From Chloroflexota bacterium (GTDB taxonomy: Bacteria; Chloroflexota; Dormibacteria; Dormibacterales; Dormibacteraceae), in the NCBI GenBank assembly GCA_005883575.1, contig VBFH01000036.1, positions 2,523 to 66,522 of the forward strand: DNA of 64,000 nucleotides, given 5' to 3'. The position numbers and the translations under genes were made by a program. Under the pieces are notes generated by a model. That model saw nothing but the letters and a program-made list of their open reading frames with translations, ran no database searches and was not told the origin of the DNA. Below, piece by piece: positions 26,950 to 33,277 of this stretch. How positions within the stretch are numbered: position 1 is the stretch's first letter; each line of letters opens with the position of its first letter.

Positions 26950-27779
26950 CGCGCCGCGGCGAGTATCTCGAGCGCCTCGGCGTGAAGCTGGCGGTTGGGG
27001 GCGCACAGGAGTGACGCCCGAGTTGAAAGGTCGCAGCGGAGCGCGCCCAGCGGCCTGCCTTCGATCGTCGTCGCGATGCCGCCTGCTTCGTGGAGCAGCA
27101 GCAGGCTGGCGGCCATGTCGAAGACCCTCACCGGAATCGGAGCGCAAAACACGTCAAAGCCGCCCGCGCTCGTGAGCGCGATCGACAGAGCCATCGAGCC
27201 CAGTATGCGGATCTTTGCCGCGCGCTCCACCAGCCGCTGCGCCCGCCTGAGTGCGCGCGGTGTGCTCTCCAGGCCGACGATCTCGAGCCGGCGCGCGTCT
27301 GAACGGGTCAGCGCGCTCAGCGGCTTGCCGCCGCGCCACGCGCCCTGCTTGCGAATCGCGCGCCACTCTTCGCCGGTGCTCAAGTTGGCGACAAGGCCCG
27401 CGTAGGTGTCGGCGACAGTCGGACCATCGAGCACCGCGAGCATCAGGCCATAAAGAGGTACGCCCTGCTTGGCGTTGAGACTGCCGTCGACGGGATCGAC
27501 AAGGATGAGCGGATATTCGGCGCCGAAGCCGCGATGCCCGGCCTCCTCGGACAGGACGGAGAACTTCTCACCTCGCTCGAAAAGGCCTCCGAGCTCTGCG
27601 AAGACCACGGCCTCCGCCACGCTGTCGACCTCGACAGTTGTGTCCCCTCCCGCGCCGACGTGGTGGGCCCTGCGACCGGCCTCGGTGCCGGACAGCGGGA
27701 CGACAGCCCGGCGCACACCAACGGCGATGCGCGAAAAAACGTCGAGCCAGTCGCCGGGTCGTGGCCCCAGCGAGCTCAC
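26946..27779 (-). CDS. Inositol monophosphatase / fructose-1,6-bisphosphatase family phosphatase
   Basis: LSEE....VDPVDGSLNA...GSMAL... are the IMPase-family metal-binding motifs. GTG start. Confidence 0.85.
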   Translation of the reverse strand: MSSLGPRPGDWLDVFSRIAVGVRRAVVPLSGTEAGRRAHHVGAGGDTTVEVDSVAEAVVFAELGGLFERGEKFSVLSEEAGHRGFGAEYPLILVDPVDGSLNAKQGVPLYGLMLAVLDGPTVADTYAGLVANLSTGEEWRAIRKQGAWRGGKPLSALTRSDARRLEIVGLESTPRALRRAQRLVERAAKIRILGSMALSIALTSAGGFDVFCAPIPVRVFDMAASLLLLHEAGGIATTIEGRPLGALRCDLSTRASLLCAPNRQLHAEALEILAAAR

Positions 27780-27807
27780 GGCGTGGCCTCTGAGTTCGCG
27801 GGGTTCT

Positions 27808-28101
27808 TCAGCGCGCTTGGTCGGGCAGGGTGGGAGATTCGGCCGAGATCTTGCGCCGGCGACGGCGTCTGCGCTCGACGACGATCGTGATCAGATAAGG
27901 CTGCTGCATCGCCCACACGCGCTCGATGAGCTGCGGAATAGGAATCGAGTGCGGCTGCTCGATGCCGAGCATCACGAGCGCCTCCGCGACATGGTCCGGC
28001 AACTCCGTCTTGTCGTGGAGATTGAGCTGTTCGAGGCTCTCCAGAATGTCGTCCAGACGGCGCAGGCCTTGGCGCCGCTCCGACTCACCCGGCCGCAGCA
28101 T
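27808..28101 (-). CDS. Hypothetical protein (97 aa) with an Arg-rich tract
   Basis: Good GC3 bias in frame. No recognisable domain. Contains RRRRRRRK. Confidence 0.5.
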   Translation of the reverse strand: MLRPGESERRQGLRRLDDILESLEQLNLHDKTELPDHVAEALVMLGIEQPHSIPIPQLIERVWAMQQPYLITIVVERRRRRRRKISAESPTLPDQAR

Positions 28102-28111
28102 CGGCGAAAGC

Positions 28112-28945
28112 TTACTTGGAAAGCCCCTGGACCAGGGAGCGGCTCACCTCGTCCGGTCGCTCGAACTGGAGCCAGTGTCCCGCACCCTCGAGAACTTGCA
28201 GTCGGAATTCGCCGATCACGTGTCGCGCCGTGTCTTCCGCTTGAAAACGACCCAGCGCAGGATCCCGATCCCCCCAAAGCAGGGTCGTGGACGCCGCCAC
28301 CTTGGCGTCGCTGCGCAGGCTCGTCCACGAGTGGTCGGGCGAGAGGTTGGCGCGGTAGTAGTTGAGACCAGCCGTGAGCCTTCCCGGACGCGACAGGGAG
28401 CGGACGAAGTGATCGACGACCGCTCGAGGTATCGCGCCCCCGAGCATCGCGCGAAGACGCCGGGACTCGTCTTCTTGCAGCACGTGCTCCGCCTTGCCCT
28501 CGAGCAGGAAGAGGTCGATATAGCGCGAGCGCGCCCTCTGGTCCTCGTCGTGCATGGCGTCGGCCAGCGCCCCGGGGTGGCCGACCGAAAGCACGGTGAG
28601 GGTTTTCGTCATCTCCGGGTGGGCGATGGCGAAGCACCATGCCACCATCGCGCCCCAGTCGTGGCCCGCGATGTGGGCGTCGCTCCGCCCGAAGGCTTTG
28701 ATGATGCCCGCGACGTCCTCGACGAGCTTTGGCAACGCGTAGTCGGCTACGTTCTCGGGAGCGTCGGTCAGGCCGTAGCCGCGCATGTCGGGCGCGACCG
28801 CGAGCGCGCCGGCTCGCGCCAGCGCGTCGACCTGTTTCGACCAGGACTCGGCGCCTTCGGGAAAACCGTGGAGGAGAACTACGAGCTTGCCGCTCGCCGG
28901 CCCATCCGCCATTACCCGAAAGCGCAGGCCATTGGCCTGCACCAT
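28112..28945 (-). CDS. Alpha/beta hydrolase (epoxide hydrolase / haloalkane dehalogenase-like)
   Basis: MVQANGLRFRV...VVLLHGFPE...W..Q...LA.AG..AVAPDMRGYG.TD...GHDWG. ATG at 28945. Confidence 0.8.
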   Translation of the reverse strand: MVQANGLRFRVMADGPASGKLVVLLHGFPEGAESWSKQVDALARAGALAVAPDMRGYGLTDAPENVADYALPKLVEDVAGIIKAFGRSDAHIAGHDWGAMVAWCFAIAHPEMTKTLTVLSVGHPGALADAMHDEDQRARSRYIDLFLLEGKAEHVLQEDESRRLRAMLGGAIPRAVVDHFVRSLSRPGRLTAGLNYYRANLSPDHSWTSLRSDAKVAASTTLLWGDRDPALGRFQAEDTARHVIGEFRLQVLEGAGHWLQFERPDEVSRSLVQGLSK

Positions 28946-28959
28946 GTGCTGGCTCGCGG

Positions 28960-29466
28960 TCACTTGACGTTCTTGTGGATAAAGTCGGTTGCCGCGTCGA
29001 CCGCCCGGTCCAGCACAGCCAGCAAACCATGCCCCTGACCCTTGAAGACGTCGAGGCGCGCGTTCGGAATGAGCTTGATCTTCTCTTTCAGGAGGTCGAT
29101 GTTCGCAAAGGGATCGCGATCGCCGCTCAGGAAAAGAGTCGGGCACCGAATCAGATGCCAGTGCGCGATCCTGAGCTGGTCGGGAAATCCTGGGCGATGG
29201 AGTGGGTACGAGATGAGCACCAATCCACCGAAGTCGGCCTCGACCGCGGCCATGCTCGCGACCCTTCCGCCGAATGATTGACCGCCGCCGATGACATCAT
29301 GACCTCGACCCGACGTCTTGATGAAGACCGGGACTGCTTTCTCTGCGACGCCACGAGGAAGATCCACCGCGACGGCATCGATTCCACGTCGCTTGAAGGC
29401 CACGACGTAAGGCTTCATCGACGCTGCATTGCCGGATGCGCCATGACCGAGGACGACTCGCATCAT
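28960..29466 (-). CDS. Small alpha/beta-fold hydrolase (dienelactone hydrolase / COG3571-like)
   Basis: MMRVVLGHGASGN...GGQSFGGRVASM...FLSGDRDPF...GHGL. ATG at 29466. Confidence 0.7.
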   Translation of the reverse strand: MMRVVLGHGASGNAASMKPYVVAFKRRGIDAVAVDLPRGVAEKAVPVFIKTSGRGHDVIGGGQSFGGRVASMAAVEADFGGLVLISYPLHRPGFPDQLRIAHWHLIRCPTLFLSGDRDPFANIDLLKEKIKLIPNARLDVFKGQGHGLLAVLDRAVDAATDFIHKNVK

Positions 29467-29843
29467 GCATATCGTCGCAGTGTTGAAAGAGTCACTCGAC
29501 GTCGCGATGAGCGCGACCTCTCCAGAAATTTCCACAACCCTCTCGCAAAAAAAATCTTCGCGAGGGTTGACGTGAGTGGGGTTCATCGAGTATCACAACA
29601 CCTTGTATGGCGATGCTGCTCGTGGTTGCCACCACAGAGGCAACGGACCCGACGCGAGAAAGCGGACCATTTGGATCAGCCGCCAACGTCTCGGAGTCCT
29701 CATCAAGGGTCCGCGGCGAAACCCGTGGGGTTGCAGAGGAGGTGCGTGCAGGAGCGAATCCACAACACGTCACACCACTACATGGAACCCGCCAAACCAA
29801 TGGAACCTATCGGGTCCATATCTTCAGGAGAAGGAGGTAACGC

Positions 29844-29915
29844 ATGATGGCAAAGAAGAAGGCTGCGAAGAAGCCGGCCAAGAAGGCCGCCAAGAAGTCC
29901 TCGAAGAAGAAGTAA
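29844..29915 (+). CDS. Lysine-rich micro-protein, 23 aa (MMAKKKAAKKPAKKAAKKSSKKK)
   Basis: AAGGAGG Shine-Dalgarno at 29831-29837, 6 nt before ATGATG. All 13 Lys codons are AAG. TAA stop, followed by a canonical intrinsic terminator. Too short to appear in the ORF track. Confidence 0.5.
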   Translation: MMAKKKAAKKPAKKAAKKSSKKK

Positions 29916-29952
29916 GACACTTCTCTTCAATCGTTTCGTAAGTCCGTTACGC

Positions 29953-29984
29953 GCCGGGGTTCTGTGGAGCCCCGGCCCTTTTTT
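29953..29984 (+). terminator. Rho-independent terminator
   Basis: GCCGGGG-TTCTGTGGAG-CCCCGGC followed by CC TTTTTT. Confidence 0.7.
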
Positions 29985-30197
29985 CAGTGAGAGAGAAACC
30001 CAAATGGTTTCCTTACACGCGCAGGTCGGCAAAAACTGACACCGCCTTGGGCCGCCCAATCTACGGCCCCGCCCACATCACTGACAAATGCTGTAGGTGT
30101 GAGTGGAGTCGGGGGGTCTCCTTGCGGAACAAGATCTTGGAGAGGACGGCCATGTGTGGAGAGGCGTGCACATATAAGGAAGAGCTTTTCTGAGGTC

Positions 30198-30226
30198 TTG
30201 ACCCCCAAACATTCGTTCGATATCAT
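30198..30226 (+). promoter_or_regulatory. Sigma-70-like promoter with an overlapping LexA (Cheo-type) box upstream of imuA
   Basis: TTGACC (30198-30203), 17 nt, TATCAT (30221-30226). The spacer contains CAAACATTCGTTCGA. This matches the GAAC-N4-GTTC consensus at 7 of 8 core positions. Confidence 0.5.
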
Positions 30227-30280
30227 GGAGATCGCCTCTTCTTTCCCTCCTGCGTCTCGCCCCTGAGGCAGCCATGAAAG

Positions 30281-31036
30281 ATGCAGGAAATCGCTCTTGA
30301 ATCCGCGATCAACTCAATTCGGGTCCGCTTCGGCAGCCAGGCGCTGACGAGGGCGGCTGAGCTGCCGCCCCCACAGCCCTGGTCGAGTGGATCACAGCTC
30401 GATCGCCTCACGGGGATCGGCGGCATGCCGCGCGGCCGGCTGGCCCTTTTCACCGGAAGCGGGACGTGCGGCAAGCTCACGCTCGCCCTCGCCCTGCTCG
30501 CGCGGGCAACCCATGAGTTTGCGCATGCGGTGGTGATCGACGGTGGCGGGTTCGATCCGTTGATGCTCCTTTCCTTCTCCCCGGAGTTCGGCGCGCTGAC
30601 CGTCGTCCGCGCGCCGTCTCCTGAGACCGCAGGCGAGGCGGCTGCCACGCTCGCGCGCGCCGGCGCCGGGTTCATCTTGTTGACGAGCGAGATCCCGGAG
30701 CATTGGCTCGGGCCGCTCGAGTCCGGCGCGAATCGATCGGGCACGGTCCTCGTCGATGTGGTCGATGCGCCTGATCGCGCGCTCGCTCATGCGTCGAGCT
30801 TCAGCCTCGCCTTCTCGCGCAGCGATTGGATCTGGGAGCGTGGTCAGCTCATCGGCCTTCGCGCGTCGGTGCGCTGCGTGAAGAACCGTGTCGCGCCGCC
30901 ACTGGGCCAGGCGGAGCTCGAGGTCCGGTACCCTCTCGGCGCGCAACCGCTCAGCGATTACGTCTCGGGAGTCGGAGTCACCGACGCACCCATCCACGTC
31001 GAGGAGCTGGGGCCACGCGAGTCTGCTGCGGTCTGA
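30281..31036 (+). CDS. imuA: ImuA / ImuA'-like (RecA-fold) mutasome component
   Basis: Position directly upstream of imuB-dnaE2. RecA/SulA-like GIGGMPRGRLALFTGSGTCGKLTLAL. Confidence 0.75.
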   Translation: MQEIALESAINSIRVRFGSQALTRAAELPPPQPWSSGSQLDRLTGIGGMPRGRLALFTGSGTCGKLTLALALLARATHEFAHAVVIDGGGFDPLMLLSFSPEFGALTVVRAPSPETAGEAAATLARAGAGFILLTSEIPEHWLGPLESGANRSGTVLVDVVDAPDRALAHASSFSLAFSRSDWIWERGQLIGLRASVRCVKNRVAPPLGQAELEVRYPLGAQPLSDYVSGVGVTDAPIHVEELGPRESAAV

Positions 31037-31127
31037 GGGCTGATGGCCATAACCGGTGACGAGAGATTCAGTGATCCAGGCGAGTCGAGTCGAAGGAAGG
31101 GGTGGCACGAGAAGGAGCGCATTGAAA

Positions 31128-32438
31128 ATGCGTAACGACGAAGTGCCCGCCCCCCTGACGGACGAATCGGCCGCATCGACGCCGAAGATCCGTCGGCGGC
31201 TTACAGCAGCAGCCCTTATCAACCACCTGGAGCTTGCGCGACGGCCGGACCTCTATGGCACGCCGGTCATCGTCGGACGATGGGGCGAGCATGTCGTCGC
31301 GGCGTCCGAAGAGACGCTGCCTTTTGGCGTCGTGCCGGGTATGGCGCTGCGCCAGGCCGAGCACCTCTGCCCTCAAGCGATGTTCGTCCTGCCCGACGAA
31401 GAAGCTGTGGTCCGCATCCGCGAGCTGCTATCGGCGGCGCTCTACGACCTCGCACCGGTGGTCGAGGTCCGGGACGAAGGTGTCGCGTGGCTCGACCTGG
31501 AGGGCGTGGTGCGCGCCGGCGAATCGATCCGCGAGATGCGGCGCCGATTGCTCAAGGCGATCGGGCGCGAGCCGCGACTGGGATTGGCGCCTGGTCCTTT
31601 CTCGGCGCGCCTTGCCGCGGCGCGCGCGCGACCAGGACGCCTGCTGCAGGTCGAGGACGCCAGAGCTTTTCTCGCCCCTCTCCCCTCTCGCGAGCTGCAG
31701 CTCGACGCCGAGCAGCTCGAGCGACTCGACCTATTCGGTCTGCGCACGCTAGGCGCGGTTGCTGCGATCGGTCCGCGCGAGCTGGAAAGCCAGCTGGGTC
31801 GCGATGGCCGGCACGCGGTGCTGCGAGCGCGCGGGCTCGAGCCTGACAGGCTCGAAGTCTGGCGCCCACCACTCTTCACCAGCGCGCACAGGCAGTTCGG
31901 TGAACCGGTCGAGGATCGCGAGGCTCTGCTCTTCGTCGCCCGGGCGTTGTGTGGCGACCTCGCGGACGAGCTTGGACTGCGCGGTGCGGGGGCCAAACAC
32001 GTGCGGGTGAGGTTGCTATTCGAGTGCGCTGACGCCCGGTGCGCGCACGGAGCACATTCGGACGCCGGGCGCGCGCATGGCGCACCTTCAGAAAAACGCG
32101 AGGCCATCGTTCGTCATCCGCTGAGCAGCACGGCCGAGCTGTTCGGCCTGGTCGGGTCGTGGATCAAGGAGTGGCAACCACGAGCGCCAATCGCCGAGAT
32201 GTGGATCGAGCTGCCGGTGCTCGAGGGTGCGGGCCGGCGTCAGCTGAGGCTGTGGGCGGGGGGAGATGGGTCGGGCGAAGAAGTCACGGCGGCGATGGAG
32301 CGGCTCCAGGAACGCTTCGGCGACGAGGTGATCGAGCGCTATTCCGTCATGAGTCTGGGCCGAGGTATTTCACGTAGCGTTCCGGACCCGCCCGGCGCGC
32401 CCATCAGGACGGTCATGGGCGGAATCTTCTCAAGATGA
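31128..32438 (+). CDS. imuB: ImuB, Y-family polymerase-like mutasome subunit
   Basis: Y-family-like N-terminal region (GTPVIVG...VVAASEE...GV.PGM....A..LCP). GAAGGAG Shine-Dalgarno 10 nt before the ATG at 31128. The ORF-track GTG at 31056 is an alternative start. Confidence 0.8.
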   Translation: MRNDEVPAPLTDESAASTPKIRRRLTAAALINHLELARRPDLYGTPVIVGRWGEHVVAASEETLPFGVVPGMALRQAEHLCPQAMFVLPDEEAVVRIRELLSAALYDLAPVVEVRDEGVAWLDLEGVVRAGESIREMRRRLLKAIGREPRLGLAPGPFSARLAAARARPGRLLQVEDARAFLAPLPSRELQLDAEQLERLDLFGLRTLGAVAAIGPRELESQLGRDGRHAVLRARGLEPDRLEVWRPPLFTSAHRQFGEPVEDREALLFVARALCGDLADELGLRGAGAKHVRVRLLFECADARCAHGAHSDAGRAHGAPSEKREAIVRHPLSSTAELFGLVGSWIKEWQPRAPIAEMWIELPVLEGAGRRQLRLWAGGDGSGEEVTAAMERLQERFGDEVIERYSVMSLGRGISRSVPDPPGAPIRTVMGGIFSR

Positions 32439-32683
32439 CACGGCTTCTCTCACCATCCGCCGCCGTCGATGTCGAGCTCGGACCAGGCGGCGCGCCCACC
32501 TCCATCTCAGGAGCCCTCAGCGGCTCGATCGACCCCATCGCGCGCTGGAAGGTGGAGGCCTCGTGGTGGACCAGGCCGGTTGTCCGCGAGTACTGGAGGG
32601 TCCTGCTCAACAACCACTTGCTCTGTGAGATGTATCACGACCTCTCGAGCAACGACTGGTTCGTCGAGCGGGTCTTTGACTAG
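32435..32683 (+). CDS. Small Trp-rich protein coupled to imuB (resembles what I recall as the DUF6504 family found next to imuB)
   Basis: ATGA overlap with the imuB stop. Sequence ...IARWKVEASWWTRPVVREYWRVLLNNHLLCEMYHDLSSNDWFVERVFD. The family assignment is from memory, not searched. Confidence 0.6.
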   Translation: MTRLLSPSAAVDVELGPGGAPTSISGALSGSIDPIARWKVEASWWTRPVVREYWRVLLNNHLLCEMYHDLSSNDWFVERVFD

Positions 32684-32770
32684 AAAATGCGCCCTGCGCG
32701 CGCCCGGCGGACTGAAAATGCGCCGTGCGGCGCCCCGCGGACTGAAAGTGCGTCCTTCGCTCGGCCTGCG
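32678..32770. repeat. Three tandem imperfect repeats of about 30 nt
   Basis: Units start at 32678 (GACTAGAAAATGCGCC...), 32710 (GACTGAAAATGCGCC...) and 32740 (GACTGAAAGTGCGTCC...). Each unit has a short internal GC palindrome, for example GCGCCG-TG-CGGCGC. Confidence 0.6.
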
Positions 32771-32773
32771 CAC

Positions 32774-33277
32774 ATGACCCCTGCAGACGTCATCCATCTT
32801 CTCGACCTCCTCGATGGGAGGGGCATCCGAATCTGGCTGGACGGCGGCTGGGCTGTGGATGCATGCCTGGGCCGGCAGACCAGACGCCATGCCGACCTCG
32901 ACATCGTCATCGAGCAACGCCATCTCGACGAAGTCGATTCGATGCTGCGCGAAATGGGATATGGGCCCGCGCCTCGCGACGATGCCAGGGGCTGGAATTA
33001 CGCGCTTGGTGACGAGGCTGGGCACGAGATCGACTTCCACGCCATCGTCCTCAATGAAGCCGGTGATGGAATCTACGGCCCGCCAGAGAATGGCGACGTC
33101 TATCCCGCTGAGGCGCTGTCGGGTATCGGCTCGGTTGATGGCCGAGCGGTCGCTTGCATCACGCCAGAGTGGCTCGTGCGGTTCCACTCTGGCTACGAGC
33201 TGGACGAGAACGATCGAGCTGACGTTTCGGCGCTGTGCGCAAAGTTCGGGATTCCTTTACCTCCGGAATATCAATGA
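32774..33277 (+). CDS. ANT(2'')/Lnu(F)-like nucleotidyltransferase (aminoglycoside-2''-adenylyltransferase family fold)
   Basis: IRIWLDGGWAVDACLGRQTRRHADLDIVI closely parallels the AadB segment LPLWIGGGWAIDARLGRVTRKHDDIDL as I remember it. The stop overlaps the dnaE2 ATG (ATGA at 33274-33277). Confidence 0.8.
   Translation: MTPADVIHLLDLLDGRGIRIWLDGGWAVDACLGRQTRRHADLDIVIEQRHLDEVDSMLREMGYGPAPRDDARGWNYALGDEAGHEIDFHAIVLNEAGDGIYGPPENGDVYPAEALSGIGSVDGRAVACITPEWLVRFHSGYELDENDRADVSALCAKFGIPLPPEYQ

Noticed and set aside
29576-29941. A 121-aa + strand ORF covering the micro-ORF region.
   Set aside because: It is in a different frame from the micro-ORF that follows the Shine-Dalgarno sequence. It begins inside the upstream hydrolase's 5' region, and its translation is not protein-like.
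29844-29984. The Lys-rich micro-ORF as a transcription-attenuation leader peptide for a lysine-regulated operon.
   Set aside because: The next gene downstream (imuA) is about 300 nt away and has its own promoter and LexA box. I could not find an antiterminator alternative to the terminator hairpin.
32678-32770. The tandem repeats as a mini CRISPR array.
   Set aside because: There are only three directly abutting imperfect units with no spacers, and no cas genes are in the window.
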